Counted from the stretch's first letter, positions 10,113-20,157 are shown. The stretch: 64,000 bases of DNA from Candidatus Giovannonibacteria bacterium (GCA_016186825.1 JACPKW010000003.1:34120-98119); one strand, 5' to 3'. Notes: generated from the sequence alone by a model not told the origin. Made by a program: numbers and translations.

Positions 10113-10538
10113 TTATGCAACTTCTAATTTTTCACCGGCTTCCAGATAAACCACAGCTTTTCTGTGTCCGGCATGCATCCCGATCCGCCCCCGCAAATAG
10201 CGCTTTTTTGCTGGAATATTTATCAAATTTACGTGCCGCACTTTTACCCCGTAAAGCTCTTTAATAGCGAGCGCGATCTCTTTCTTGGTAGCTCCAGTTT
10301 TCACCTTAAAAATATAGGCTCCGGCGTTTGCGGCGAACGTCGCTTTTTCCGTAACATGCGGCACAACAAGCGTTCGAAAAGCTCGCTTGGAGTGCTGATT
10401 TATTTCTCTAAATCCTTCGGGCTCTGCTTTCTTTTCTTCTCCTGCATCGAGCTTTGTTGCCTTTTCTTTCTTCTCGGCTCTTTTGGAAGTAAACCGCTCA
10501 GATTCTTTTTTTCTTTTAAAAAAATCAAATAGCGCCAT
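10113..10538 (-). CDS. rplW: 50S ribosomal protein L23 with ~45-aa K/E-rich N-terminal extension
   Basis: Core LVVPHVTEKATF...IFKV. Preceded by a lysine/glutamate-rich extension not present in canonical uL23. Confidence 0.8.
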   Translation of the reverse strand: MALFDFFKRKKESERFTSKRAEKKEKATKLDAGEEKKAEPEGFREINQHSKRAFRTLVVPHVTEKATFAANAGAYIFKVKTGATKKEIALAIKELYGVKVRHVNLINIPAKKRYLRGRIGMHAGHRKAVVYLEAGEKLEVA

Positions 10539-10556
10539 GACAATTTTTACAAATTA

Positions 10557-11210
10557 CTATAACTTTGCAAAGGTTTTCTCTAAAACTTCGAGCGACTTTT
10601 TGGGCATCAGCAGAAATTTCTTCGAGAGGACGCGAAGCGTATTTATATTTCTCGTCTCGTCAACTTCAATATTTTTAATATTCCGAAGCGACCTAATCAC
10701 GGACGTGTTCGGTTCAGGCAATAACACCAAAACGGATTTGGAATTTATTTTCTCAAAGTTCTCAACTTTTGAAAGATTTTTTATAACGCCTGCGCCATTT
10801 TTCGTTTTCGCTTCCGGAATTTTAAAATCATCCAGAATCAAAACTTCCTGATCGCGCAGTTTTTGCGAAAGCACAGTTAACAACGCTTTTCGTTTCATTC
10901 TTTTATTTATTTTCTTTTCGTAGTCCTTGTCTTTAGTCGGACCATGCGTAACTCCGCCGCCGATCCAGATCGGAGAGCGGATCGAGCCGTGACGGGCTCG
11001 GCCTGTTCCTTTCTGTCTCCAGGGTTTTTTGCCACCGCCTCTCACTTCGCCTCTGCCCTTGGCATGTGCAAGACCCTTGCGCTTGTTTGCTCTTTCCGAT
11101 TCAGAAACTTGATAAACCAGAGCGGGATTCCAAGGCAAACTAAAAAATTTCTCTTCAACTTTCAGAGCCTCAACTTCGTCGCCTTTTTGATTGTAAACTT
11201 TAACTTCCAT
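10557..11210 (-). CDS. rplD: 50S ribosomal protein L4
   Basis: 217 aa. Glycine-rich loop region (KGRGEVRGGGKKPWRQKGTGRAR). Confidence 0.85.
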   Translation of the reverse strand: MEVKVYNQKGDEVEALKVEEKFFSLPWNPALVYQVSESERANKRKGLAHAKGRGEVRGGGKKPWRQKGTGRARHGSIRSPIWIGGGVTHGPTKDKDYEKKINKRMKRKALLTVLSQKLRDQEVLILDDFKIPEAKTKNGAGVIKNLSKVENFEKINSKSVLVLLPEPNTSVIRSLRNIKNIEVDETRNINTLRVLSKKFLLMPKKSLEVLEKTFAKL

Positions 11211-11239
11211 GCGAATTTTTAAAAATGCAATAATTCAAT

Positions 11240-11851
11240 TTATTTCGCCGATTTGATTTCAATTAAACTTCCGCGTCCTCCGGGGAGCGCTCCCTTTACA
11301 TAAATCAAATTATCCGCGGCATCGATTTTAACAATTTTCAAATTTTTCAAAGTAATTTTATTTCCGCCCATACGCCCCGCCATTCTTTTTCCCTTTAAAA
11401 CCCGCTGCGGCCAGACGCTTCCAATCGAACCTGGCTCACGTTCCGAATGTTTTTGACCGTGGGTGCGCGGACCGCCGTGAAAACCGTGTCTTTTCACAAC
11501 TCCCTGAAACCCGCGCCCTTTTACAATTCCGCTCGCAGTTACATTATCGCCTTCACTAAAAACCGAGGCATCAATTTTATCGCCTACTTGCATTACTTCG
11601 CCAGTTTTGAACTCTCTCAAAATCATCGGGCTCGCGCCGGAAGCTTTCAGGTGGCCTGCTTGCGGTTTTTTTATATTTTTTGTTTTGCGCTCGCCGAAAC
11701 CGATCTGAACGCTCTCATAACCGTCTTTCTCCTTGGTTTTAACGAATGTGACTATATTCGGGAGAACCCGAAGAACCGTCACTGGCATGACGGCTCCATC
11801 TTCTCCGAAAATCTGGGACATCTGTATTTTTTTTGCAATCAAATGCGGCAT
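11240..11851 (-). CDS. rplC: 50S ribosomal protein L3
   Basis: 203 aa. uL3 motifs (GFQGVVKRHGFHGGP). Confidence 0.9.
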   Translation of the reverse strand: MPHLIAKKIQMSQIFGEDGAVMPVTVLRVLPNIVTFVKTKEKDGYESVQIGFGERKTKNIKKPQAGHLKASGASPMILREFKTGEVMQVGDKIDASVFSEGDNVTASGIVKGRGFQGVVKRHGFHGGPRTHGQKHSEREPGSIGSVWPQRVLKGKRMAGRMGGNKITLKNLKIVKIDAADNLIYVKGALPGGRGSLIEIKSAK

Positions 11852-11915
11852 GTTGTTTTTTTACCAAAAAATTCCGGGATACCGGAACTTTTTGAAGTGG
11901 TAATCCTTAGTTATG

Positions 11916-12251
11916 CTACGACATTTTGACCTCGATATCGACGCCGGCCGGAAGGCTCAAATTTGTAAGGGCATCGATAATCTTGGGCGTAGGGTTCAGG
12001 ATATCTATTAATCTTTTATGCACCCTCATCTCGAACTGTTCGCGTGCATTTTTGTAAACAAAGGATGAGCGATTAACCGTATACTTGCGAATTTCCGTTG
12101 GAAGCGGGATCGGCCCAAGGATTTGGCCGCCGTAACGGAGCGCAGTATCTACAATTTGTCTTACCGAAGCGTCCAAAATCTTATGATCGTACGCTCTTAC
12201 GCGAATTCGAAGTTTTTGGAGTTCCTCTGTTTCTCGAGCTTTCTCGGGCAT
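11916..12251 (-). CDS. rpsJ: 30S ribosomal protein S10
   Basis: Start trimmed to ATG at 12251 (MPEKARETE...[12 protein letters not shown]). Follows tuf. Confidence 0.85.
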   Translation of the reverse strand: MPEKARETEELQKLRIRVRAYDHKILDASVRQIVDTALRYGGQILGPIPLPTEIRKYTVNRSSFVYKNAREQFEMRVHKRLIDILNPTPKIIDALTNLSLPAGVDIEVKMS

Positions 12252-12338
12252 AAAAAATATTAGTTTGCCAATGTTGTTAAAATTCCAAGCTTTGGCATCC
12301 AAAATCTCATTGGCAATGAGATTTTGGACCAACTCACT

Positions 12339-13532
12339 TTACTTAATAATTTTTGTCACTACTCCGGCTCCCACCGTCTTTCCGCCTTCACGAATGGCAA
12401 ATCTCTGCTTTTCTTCCAACGCGACAGGCGCGATCAGTTTTACCGTAAACTTGATTGTATCACCCGGCATAACCATTTCTGTTCCGGCAGGCAATGCAAC
12501 ATCGCCAGTTACATCGGTAGTTCGGATATAAAACTGCGGCTTGTAACCCGTGAAAAACGGAGTGTGTCTCCCGCCTTCCTCTTTGGTTAAGATATATACT
12601 TCAGCCTCAAATTCAGTGTGCGGGGTAATCGAACCCGGTTTTGCAACCACCTGGCCGCGCTCTACATCTTCTTTCTTTAGACCGCGCAAAAGAATTCCGG
12701 CGTTGTCGCCCGCGATTCCCTCGTCAAGCTGTTTATTAAACATTTCAATTCCGGTGACAATCGTTTTCTGCGTGTCGCGCAGCCCGACGATTTCAATTTC
12801 TTCGTTTACTTTCACTTTTCCGCGCTCAATTCTTCCGGTTACCACTGTACCACGTCCTTCGATCGAAAATACATCTTCAACTGGCATCAAAAAAGGCTTT
12901 TCAATTTCGCGAACCGGCTCGGGAATATATTCATCGAGCGTTTTTGCAAGCTCGAGAACTGGTTTTGCCCACTCATCATCAACAGATTTAGCTTCAAGCG
13001 CCTTCACCGCAGAACCTCTGATTATCGGGGTCTTATCCCCAGGATATTCATATTTAGTTAACAGTTCACGGACTTCAGCTTCAACCAAATCAATAAGTTC
13101 TTTATCATCAACCATATCCACCTTGTTCAAAAATACAATTATAGAGGGCACACCCACTTGATGCGCAAGCAAGATGTGTTCTCTAGTCTGCGGCATTGGA
13201 CCGTCAGCAGCTGAAACCACTAAAACAGCGCCATCCATTTGAGCAGCGCCAGTAATCATATTTTTAATATAATCGGCATGTCCCGGAGCATCGATGTGCG
13301 CATAATGTCTTTTCGCAGTCTCATATTCAGAATGGTGAAGCGCGATAGTGATGCCTCGCTGGCGCTCTTCAGGAGCTTTGTCGATCTGGTCGATGGATTC
13401 CAATTTAACCTTATTTCCAGCCAAATTTAAAACATGCAAAATAGCCGCTGTAAGCGACGTTTTTCCATGGTCCACATGCCCGATGGTTCCTACGTTAAGA
13501 TGCGGCTTGGTTCTTTCAAATTTTCCTGCCAT
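12339..13532 (-). CDS. tuf: Elongation factor Tu
   Basis: 397 aa. [17 protein letters not shown] GTPase motifs. Confidence 0.97.
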   Translation of the reverse strand: MAGKFERTKPHLNVGTIGHVDHGKTSLTAAILHVLNLAGNKVKLESIDQIDKAPEERQRGITIALHHSEYETAKRHYAHIDAPGHADYIKNMITGAAQMDGAVLVVSAADGPMPQTREHILLAHQVGVPSIIVFLNKVDMVDDKELIDLVEAEVRELLTKYEYPGDKTPIIRGSAVKALEAKSVDDEWAKPVLELAKTLDEYIPEPVREIEKPFLMPVEDVFSIEGRGTVVTGRIERGKVKVNEEIEIVGLRDTQKTIVTGIEMFNKQLDEGIAGDNAGILLRGLKKEDVERGQVVAKPGSITPHTEFEAEVYILTKEEGGRHTPFFTGYKPQFYIRTTDVTGDVALPAGTEMVMPGDTIKFTVKLIAPVALEEKQRFAIREGGKTVGAGVVTKIIK

Positions 13533-13629
13533 AAATAAAAAAAGACTTTAAATTTCCTATAAAATTAGGACTAATAATCGTAATTACAATAATAAGCTAA
13601 GGGCTAAATTCCGTCAACACCCCTTAAGT

Positions 13630-13764
13630 TTATAGGGGCAAATCATTGAGTGTCTTTACAAGCTCAAAATCATCTTTTAAAAGTTCTTCTGACATTAGAA
13701 AATCGACATTAGCCATATTTTCATCATGATCTTTTTTAATTTCGTCCTCAGTCCGCTCGTCCAT
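13630..13764 (-). CDS. Candidate small acidic ORF (44 aa) in the fusA-tuf spacer
   Basis: ATG-initiated ORF MDERTEDEIKKDHDENMANVDF..., below the ORF-track size cutoff. No clear Shine-Dalgarno. Confidence 0.15.
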   Translation of the reverse strand: MDERTEDEIKKDHDENMANVDFLMSEELLKDDFELVKTLNDLPL

Positions 13765-13844
13765 TGATCTAATTCTTTATCGAAAAAAGAGTAAAATAAA
13801 GTGGCTATTTCTCGATAAATCGAGGAGCCCCTTATACAGACGCG

Positions 13845-13988
13845 TCAGTCGTCAGAGTTTTCATTTTCAAACTCTTCCATAAGAAGCATAAAAATGAAAT
13901 CCGGCTCTATTTCTAGGGGGAAAACCGGACTTTTTTCCTCGGTTTTTCCCTTATAAGGATCGGTTTTAACCTTCTTGGTTGCGATCAT
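13845..13988 (-). CDS. Candidate small ORF (47 aa, acidic C-terminus) in the fusA-tuf spacer
   Basis: ATG preceded by AAGGAGGG Shine-Dalgarno at 4-nt spacing. MIATKKVKTDPYKGKTEEKSPVFPLEIEPDFIFMLLMEEFENENSDD. Confidence 0.25.
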   Translation of the reverse strand: MIATKKVKTDPYKGKTEEKSPVFPLEIEPDFIFMLLMEEFENENSDD

Positions 13989-14022
13989 AAGCCCTCCTTA
14001 TCAAATTCTTCCAAACAAGGCG

Positions 14023-16110
14023 CTATTTCTTACCTTCTTTAATCAGTTCCGCAATATTTGAAGGCACCTCCTCATAATGGTCGAACTCCATCGTGTATGA
14101 CGCGCGGCCCTCCGAAATGCTACGAAGCGTGGTGACGTATCCAAACATCTCGGAAAGAGGCACTTTGGCATCAATCACTTTTAAATTCAACCTGTCATTA
14201 ATTGCTTCGATTCGCCCGCGTTTCGAATTCAAGTCGCCCGTAACATCGCCCATAAATTTGTCGGGCGTAATAACTTCAACTTTCATGATCGGTTCAAGAA
14301 TAACCGGCTTTGCTCTTTTCGCTCCTTCCTGGAGCGCCAAAGATCCTGCAATTTTAAATGCGGCTTCTGAAGAATCAACTTCGTGGTAAGACCCGTCATA
14401 AATCGTAACCTTAACGTCCACCAAGGGATAGCCCGCAACAATCCCGCGCTCTGTAGCTTCTTTCACGCCCTTCTCAACCGCCGGAATAAATTCCTGCGGC
14501 ACCACGCCCCCGCGAATTTTGTTTTCAAACTCAAATCCTTTTCCGCGCTCTAGAGGCTCAATTCGGAGCCAAACATGTCCGTATTGCCCGCGCCCGCCGG
14601 ACTGGCGAATATATTTTCCTTCCGCCTCCGCAGTATTTTTAACCGTTTCTTTATAGGCAACTTGCGGACGCCCAACATTTGCTTCAACTTTAAATTCGCG
14701 CCGCATCCGGTCCACAATGACCTCGAGATGTAGCTCGCCCATTCCCGAAATAATGGTTTCCAATGTTTCCTCATCACCCTTGATTCTGAAGGTCGGATCT
14801 TCTTCGGAGAGCCTTCTCAAAGCCAAGCCCATTTTTTCCTGGTCAGCTTTTGTTTTTGGTTCAATTCGAAGCGAGACAACAGGCTCCGGGAAAGTAATTT
14901 TTTCAAGCACGATCGGATTTTCAGGATCCGAAAGCGTATCGCCAGTGCGCGTGCTTTTGAGTCCCACAATCGCGCCGATTTCGCCCGCATACATTTCCTT
15001 AACTTCTTCGCGGTGATTCGCATGCATGCGTACAATCCGCCCGACTCTTTCTTTCTCTCCGTTCGACGAATTTAAAACATACGACCCTGCTTTGATTGTT
15101 CCAGAATAAATTCGAAAATATGTTAGCTGCCCGATATACGGATCGGTCTGAAGTTTGAAAGCAAGCGCAGAAAAAGGCGCGGTATCACGAGTTTCTCTCG
15201 TTGCATCTCCTCCAGTTTTCGGATCATTTCCCTTTACCGGCGGAAGTTCGATTGGGCTTGGAAGATAATCAATTACTCCGTCCAGCATCATCTGCACACC
15301 TTTATTTTTCAAGGCAGACCCGCAAAAAACCGGAACTAATTTGTATAAAATAGTCGCTTCGCGCAAAGTTTTTTGAAGTTCCGCTTCGGAAATTTCTTTT
15401 CCTTCCAAAAATTTTTCTGCGAGCGCGTCATCAACTTCCGCAATTTTTTCCACCATTTTTGTCCTCCACTGGGCAGCTTCAGCTCTGTGGCTTTCAGGAA
15501 TTTCTTCAACAACAAGTTTTTCTCCATGCTCACCTTCGAATTTAATAAACTTACTCCGCATGAGATCAATTACGCCGGAAAAATTTGCTTCAAGTCCCAC
15601 CGGGATTGAAACAGCAACAGCATTCGGGGTCAAACGTTCGAGAATAGATTTAAAACTGAATTCAAAACTCGCGCCCATGCGGTCAAGCTTGTTTATAAAA
15701 CAAATCCTTGGAACTTTATATTTGTCGGCCTGCCTCCAAACAGTTTCCGATTGCGGCTCAACTCCCGCAACGCCGTCAAAAACAACAACGCCGCCGTCGA
15801 GCACGCGAAGCGAGCGCTCAACTTCAACAGTAAAGTCCACATGCCCCGGAGTATCAATGATGTTTATTCGGTATTCTTCGCCTCCGCGAGTTGATTTCCA
15901 AAAACAGGTAGTTGCGGCCGCGGTAATAGTAATCCCGCGCTCGCGTTCCTGCTCCATCCAGTCCATTATCGCTTCCCCCTCATGCACCTCGCCTATTTTG
16001 TGGGAAACGCCGGTATAAAAAAGTACCCGTTCAGTAACGGTAGTTTTTCCTGCGTCGATGTGGGCAATAATGCCGATATCTCTCGTTTTTTCGATGGGAT
16101 AATCCCTCAT
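14023..16110 (-). CDS. fusA: Elongation factor G
   Basis: 695 aa. [17 protein letters not shown] GTPase motifs. Position between rpsG and tuf. Confidence 0.97.
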   Translation of the reverse strand: MRDYPIEKTRDIGIIAHIDAGKTTVTERVLFYTGVSHKIGEVHEGEAIMDWMEQERERGITITAAATTCFWKSTRGGEEYRINIIDTPGHVDFTVEVERSLRVLDGGVVVFDGVAGVEPQSETVWRQADKYKVPRICFINKLDRMGASFEFSFKSILERLTPNAVAVSIPVGLEANFSGVIDLMRSKFIKFEGEHGEKLVVEEIPESHRAEAAQWRTKMVEKIAEVDDALAEKFLEGKEISEAELQKTLREATILYKLVPVFCGSALKNKGVQMMLDGVIDYLPSPIELPPVKGNDPKTGGDATRETRDTAPFSALAFKLQTDPYIGQLTYFRIYSGTIKAGSYVLNSSNGEKERVGRIVRMHANHREEVKEMYAGEIGAIVGLKSTRTGDTLSDPENPIVLEKITFPEPVVSLRIEPKTKADQEKMGLALRRLSEEDPTFRIKGDEETLETIISGMGELHLEVIVDRMRREFKVEANVGRPQVAYKETVKNTAEAEGKYIRQSGGRGQYGHVWLRIEPLERGKGFEFENKIRGGVVPQEFIPAVEKGVKEATERGIVAGYPLVDVKVTIYDGSYHEVDSSEAAFKIAGSLALQEGAKRAKPVILEPIMKVEVITPDKFMGDVTGDLNSKRGRIEAINDRLNLKVIDAKVPLSEMFGYVTTLRSISEGRASYTMEFDHYEEVPSNIAELIKEGKK

Positions 16111-16123
16111 AGTTTAGCCATTC

Positions 16124-16594
16124 CTACCAAGCAAAATGTGCGAAAGCCCTGTTCGCTTCAGCCATTTTATGAGTATCTTCACGCTTTTTTACCGCAGCGC
16201 CCTCGTTTCTCGAAGCCGCCAGAAGTTCTTCAGAAATCTTTTCCGCCATTGGTTTTCCTTTTTTTGATCGCGCAGCCTGAATAATCCAGCGCATCGCAAG
16301 CGTGGCTTTCCGCTCGGGTCTGACTTCACGCGGCACTTGATAAGTAGCGCCCCCGACTCTACGTGATCTCACTTCAACGACAGGCGAAACATTCCTCATC
16401 GCCGTCTCCAAAATTTTAAGCGGCTCTTCCCCTTTGCTTTTATCCTTCATCAGCGAAAAAGCGTCATAAATGATTCTGCGCGCTGCATTCTTTTTTCCGC
16501 CATACATCAGATGGTTTACAAATTTCTCGACGAGCTCTGATTGAAAGCGCGGATCGGGACTTATTTTTGCTCTATGTTTGATTTTGCGTCTCAT
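16124..16594 (-). CDS. rpsG: 30S ribosomal protein S7
   Basis: 156 aa. uS7 motifs (MRRKIKHRAKISPDPRF N-terminus). Confidence 0.9.
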   Translation of the reverse strand: MRRKIKHRAKISPDPRFQSELVEKFVNHLMYGGKKNAARRIIYDAFSLMKDKSKGEEPLKILETAMRNVSPVVEVRSRRVGGATYQVPREVRPERKATLAMRWIIQAARSKKGKPMAEKISEELLAASRNEGAAVKKREDTHKMAEANRAFAHFAW

Positions 16595-16685
16595 GCAAAA
16601 ATTATACGAGTGTTAGCGAGTTAATAAAATAAATGGTTTGCAGTTCTCCGATGAAATTTTCACTAAAAATTTCGGGCAATTCGCT

Positions 16686-17096
16686 TTATTTAGGAGTTTT
16701 TGCGCCATATTTCGATCTCTGTTGCTTGCGGTTTTCAACTCCGGCTGCATCCAAAACTCCGCGAACGATATGATAGCGGACGCCCGGCAAATCCTTCACG
16801 CGGCCGCCTCGGATCATGACAACCGAGTGTTCCTGCAAATGATGCCCTTCGCCCGGAATATAAGCGCTTACCTCCATGCCATTTGTTAAACGCACCCGCG
16901 CCACTTTTCTCAAGGCAGAGTTCGGTTTTTTGGGAGTCATCGTGAAAACTTTCGTGCAAACTCCGCGCTTAAAAGGCGACGGATAAAATCGCGTCCGATT
17001 TTGTTTAATATTAAAACCGCGCGCTAGCGCCACTGCCTTCGATTTCTTTTTAGTCGCTTTTCTTCCGTGGCGAATTAATTGATGTATTGTCGGCAT
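16686..17096 (-). CDS. rpsL: 30S ribosomal protein S12
   Basis: [13 protein letters not shown]...[11 protein letters not shown]. Confidence 0.95.
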   Translation of the reverse strand: MPTIHQLIRHGRKATKKKSKAVALARGFNIKQNRTRFYPSPFKRGVCTKVFTMTPKKPNSALRKVARVRLTNGMEVSAYIPGEGHHLQEHSVVMIRGGRVKDLPGVRYHIVRGVLDAAGVENRKQQRSKYGAKTPK

Positions 17097-17158
17097 GCCA
17101 ATTTTTTACAAAAATAACTTATTTTTCTTTTATAATCAATATTGTCCTAAAAATTGAG

Positions 17159-17258
17159 CACCCCGCCTTCTAAGCGGGATGGCTTCAAATATTAAATAAT
17201 TTTCAGCCTTTTCTTTGAATTACACAAGTCGAAATGCATCTACATAGAAGGCGGGGTG
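17159..17258 (-). promoter_or_regulatory. Perfect 14-bp long-range inverted repeat (caccccgccttcta / tagaaggcggggtg) in the rpsL upstream leader
   Basis: Arms at 17159-17172 and 17245-17258 enclose about 72 nt. Lies about 60-160 nt upstream of the rpsL start. Confidence 0.3.
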
Positions 17259-17357
17259 AAGGTTTAGCTATCAAAATTTTCTTCTCCGGCTTCTAGCGGA
17301 TCGAAAATTTTGAGCTAACTCGCTTCAAAGCTTAACAGAAAGAAATTGGGGCGTCAA

Positions 17358-17451
17358 CCCCGTTAGAAATATTTTAAAAAAAATCGCGTGAAATTTTTTT
17401 TATACAGAGAACTGATTAGTCCAAACGGAAATTATCAGATTTCTAACGGGG
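17358..17451 (-). promoter_or_regulatory. Perfect 13-bp long-range inverted repeat (ccccgttagaaat / atttctaacgggg) just downstream of the M50 protease gene
   Basis: Arms at 17358-17370 and 17439-17451 enclose about 68 nt. A small GGGG-cgtcaa-CCCC hairpin is nested at the left arm. Confidence 0.3.
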
Positions 17452-17463
17452 TCAATTAATTCT

Positions 17464-18102
17464 TTAAGTAAAGCCTCCGACGCCCGTAATTAGAGAAAAA
17501 ATGAAATTAGCCACGGGAGATATGATGTAAAAAGCGAGGAGGAGCGCAAGAATTATCCCAAAAGCGCCAGTCTGCATTGTAAAATTCTCCGTTTGGGGGA
17601 ACAAATCGGTGAGAATTTTTGACCCGTCCAGAGGAGGAAATGGAATCAGATTGAAGAGAAAAAGCACTATATTAATGTAAATTATTGTGCTCAAAATCTG
17701 AAAAAACGTCTGTGATGCTGACTGCAAAATCATTGGAGATACAAGCGCGAATCTTAAAAATAACCCGAGCCCGAGCGCGATTATGAGATTTGCAGCCGGC
17801 CCCGCAAGCGCGACTTTCAAAGATCCGTATTTTTGGTCAGAAAGATTGTAGGGATTATAAGGAACAGGCTTTGCCCAGCCAATAAAGATTCCTCCGGAAA
17901 ATAAAAGCGCAAGAGGCAGGAGCACTGTTCCGATCAAATCCATATGCGCGAAAGGATTTAGCGTAAGGCGCCCCGCATATTTCGCGGTTGGATCTCCGAG
18001 ACGATAAGCGGCAAAACCGTGCGCGTATTCATGAAAAACTGCCGAGATCACGATTATCACGTATAGCATCAGCTTTGCCAGAATTTCTACTTGGTTATCC
18101 AT
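17464..18102 (-). CDS. Site-2 protease family (peptidase M50) integral membrane metalloprotease
   Basis: HEYAHG zinc-binding HExxH inside a TM helix. Polytopic 212-aa membrane protein. Confidence 0.7.
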   Translation of the reverse strand: MDNQVEILAKLMLYVIIVISAVFHEYAHGFAAYRLGDPTAKYAGRLTLNPFAHMDLIGTVLLPLALLFSGGIFIGWAKPVPYNPYNLSDQKYGSLKVALAGPAANLIIALGLGLFLRFALVSPMILQSASQTFFQILSTIIYINIVLFLFNLIPFPPLDGSKILTDLFPQTENFTMQTGAFGIILALLLAFYIISPVANFIFSLITGVGGFT

Positions 18103-18171
18103 AGGTTGAACTAAGCGTTTCCTTATTATATACTAGCCCCATTGTCATTTAAACTTTAAACCGATTCACAT

Positions 18172-18372
18172 ATGGCTAAGTTTTGTCCGATCTGCAATAA
18201 AGGGTCTCAAATATCCGGAACTCGCGTTTTGCTCCGAGGAAATTACAATCCTACAAAAACATCCAGAAAATACCCCAATCTTCAGTGGGCTTCTTTGCCT
18301 TCAGGCAGACGGATAAAAATCTGCACCGATTGCCTTAAAAAAGGCAGGTACTTGAAAGAGAAAATTAAATAA
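18172..18372 (+). CDS. rpmB: 50S ribosomal protein L28 (Zn-ribbon form)
   Basis: MAKFCPICNKG...CTDCLKKG. 66 aa. Confidence 0.85.
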   Translation: MAKFCPICNKGSQISGTRVLLRGNYNPTKTSRKYPNLQWASLPSGRRIKICTDCLKKGRYLKEKIK

Positions 18373-18392
18373 TTTTATTGAAGTTTTTTAAA

Positions 18393-18548
18393 GTGTCCTC
18401 AATTCTAAACTTTGGGCGAACCCATTTTGAGGGGAAATGACCGCCTCCGCTTCGCTCGGCGGAACGCTCGGGCGCGGCGGAATCCCCCCCGTGACCCCCC
18501 TTCCGCCGCGCCCTCGCGGGAGGCAAAATTTTTTTCGACGGCATTCAT
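18393..18548. repeat. GC-rich inverted repeat A, copy 1 (about 156 bp), beginning with core gtgtcc
   Basis: About 98% identical to the reverse complement of 20206-20363. Contains an internal 11-bp-stem hairpin, gcgcggcggaa...ttccgccgcgc. Much more GC-rich than its flanks. Confidence 0.85.
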
Positions 18549-19165
18549 GGATTTTCGGAATTTCTCCCAAAAATACTTTCGAATTGTTCTTTAAAATCCT
18601 CGAAATTCTTAAAAACAAGACCTCGCATCCCCGCCTCTTTCGCGGCGAGAACGTTGTTTTCAGAATCATCTACAAATAAACATTCCTCAGGCTTCAAAGC
18701 GATTTGATCAGAGGCATAACGGTATGCGTCAAGTGATGGCTTTTTCTTTTGAATATTGTATGAACTTACTACAGCATCAAACAAATGTTCGATATGAAAA
18801 CGCTCCGCAAGATAATCCTCAATACCCTTTGGAAAATTTGAGAGTAACGCAACTTTATATTGCCGCTTCAATACAGTTATAAAATCAACCATCCGTTGAT
18901 CAATAGAGGCGGACGCTTCCATCTCATCAAAAACTTCAGCTACAATATCAACGCCCACGGATGCCTCTGGTTTTGCCCTTTCGAAATAATCTTGAACGCT
19001 GTGATATGTTCCTTCGTGGGCAGCATTGAGATAATCCCAAATAATATCTTTGATGCTTTCCTTTGGCAATCCTAAAGCAAGTGAGCGTGCCTCACCTAAA
19101 GCGTCAGTTTTCCAAAAACAGATAACGTCGCCGAAATCGAAAATTATACCTCGTATCATACTCAT
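18545..19165 (-). CDS. HAD-superfamily hydrolase (subfamily IA-like)
   Basis: N-terminal DxD motif in IIFDFGDV. C-terminal VDDS..N motif. 206 aa. Confidence 0.75.
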   Translation of the reverse strand: MSMIRGIIFDFGDVICFWKTDALGEARSLALGLPKESIKDIIWDYLNAAHEGTYHSVQDYFERAKPEASVGVDIVAEVFDEMEASASIDQRMVDFITVLKRQYKVALLSNFPKGIEDYLAERFHIEHLFDAVVSSYNIQKKKPSLDAYRYASDQIALKPEECLFVDDSENNVLAAKEAGMRGLVFKNFEDFKEQFESIFGRNSENP

Positions 19166-19932
19166 AATGGTTTCTGTAAAAGTTTTTCAACTAAATTTGG
19201 TAAATTCTCAATATCGTCAAGATTAACATAATTTTGATACTCTTCTGCCGTGGGATAACGGCCACATGTAATGGGATTTTTTATCCAGATTGCTCGGATA
19301 CCCAATTGTTGCGGCACATGCACATCAACATCGTAGTTGTCTCCAACCATTATACAATCCTCGGACTTTCTTCCAACGATTTCTAATGCGCGCTTGTAAA
19401 AATCTGGGGATTCTTTGCGAAGTCCAATATCTGAACTATACACAAAATAAGAAAAGAATTTTTCGATATCGAGTTCTCGCAATTCTAATTGCGTAAAAGA
19501 GCCTTGTGTGTGGCTTGCCGTTGATAGAGTATATTTTTTTGAAAGAGTGGAAAGCGTTTCAAAAACGCCAGGATATAATCGCAGCCAACCTCGATTTGCT
19601 TTACGGTAGACATAGACCAAATTCAATAATCCCTCCGGCGAGCGTTGAATATTAAAATCTTTTTCTAAAACTTCGGCTATTATTTTCTGCATATTGTGGT
19701 GATGGATGTTTTTATCTCTATTTGCAGAATAGAATTCATCTCGCCGCTTTTCATAGAGTTTTAAAAATTCATTAGCGGCAATGGTTATTCCGTATTTCTT
19801 TAATGCATCCGCGAATGGTTCCCAGCCAACCAATTCCTCTTTCGGTTTCATTGTTGGGTCTGTGGAACTTATTTTGACATCAAGAAGAGTCTGATAGAGA
19901 TCGAAAAATATAACTCTGGAATGTTTTTCCAT
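19162..19932 (-). CDS. HAD-superfamily hydrolase
   Basis: N-terminal IFFDLYQTLLD (motif I-like). C-terminal VGDNYDVDV (motif IV-like). 256 aa. The start overlaps the stop of the upstream XRE gene. Confidence 0.65.
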   Translation of the reverse strand: MEKHSRVIFFDLYQTLLDVKISSTDPTMKPKEELVGWEPFADALKKYGITIAANEFLKLYEKRRDEFYSANRDKNIHHHNMQKIIAEVLEKDFNIQRSPEGLLNLVYVYRKANRGWLRLYPGVFETLSTLSKKYTLSTASHTQGSFTQLELRELDIEKFFSYFVYSSDIGLRKESPDFYKRALEIVGRKSEDCIMVGDNYDVDVHVPQQLGIRAIWIKNPITCGRYPTAEEYQNYVNLDDIENLPNLVEKLLQKPL

Positions 19933-19935
19933 AAT

Positions 19936-20157
19936 TTATTTGATTAACTCGTCTGCCGAAACACCAAGCGCGTCAGCCAATCTTTGAATTGTCGCAAGGG
20001 TGGGATTGCGCTTGCCGTTCTCAATTCCGCTTACATACGCTCTGTGTACTTCTAGGGCGCGCGCAATATCTCCTTGCGACATTTTTCTCCTTGTTCTGAT
20101 GCGCTTGAGATTTCGGCCTAATTTTGACGATATTTCATTCATAAGTGATATCAACAT
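19936..20157 (-). CDS. XRE-family helix-turn-helix transcriptional regulator (74 aa)
   Basis: LKRIRTRRKMSQGDIARALEVHRAYVSGIENGKRNPTLATIQRLADALGV is a classic Cro/C1 HTH. The start was reset to ATG at 20157. The longer track ORF runs into repeat A2 and is an artefact. Confidence 0.75.
   Translation of the reverse strand: MLISLMNEISSKLGRNLKRIRTRRKMSQGDIARALEVHRAYVSGIENGKRNPTLATIQRLADALGVSADELIK

Noticed and set aside
12550-13161. 203-aa plus-strand ORF antisense to tuf (and similar antisense ORFs inside fusA, secY, rpsE, uvrB, polA and the pilB-like gene)
   Set aside because: They overlap highly conserved genes on the opposite strand. Ser/Pro-rich low-complexity translations are typical of shadow ORFs.
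18388-18679. Six-frame ORFs 18388..18669(-), 18412..18594(+), 18437..18679(+), the long N-terminus of 19936..20319(-), and 20197..20451(+), all with MTASASLGGTLGRGG-type peptides
   Set aside because: They are translations of the GC-rich inverted repeats A and B. The identical peptide on opposite strands at two loci is a repeat artefact. The real XRE gene starts at 20157.
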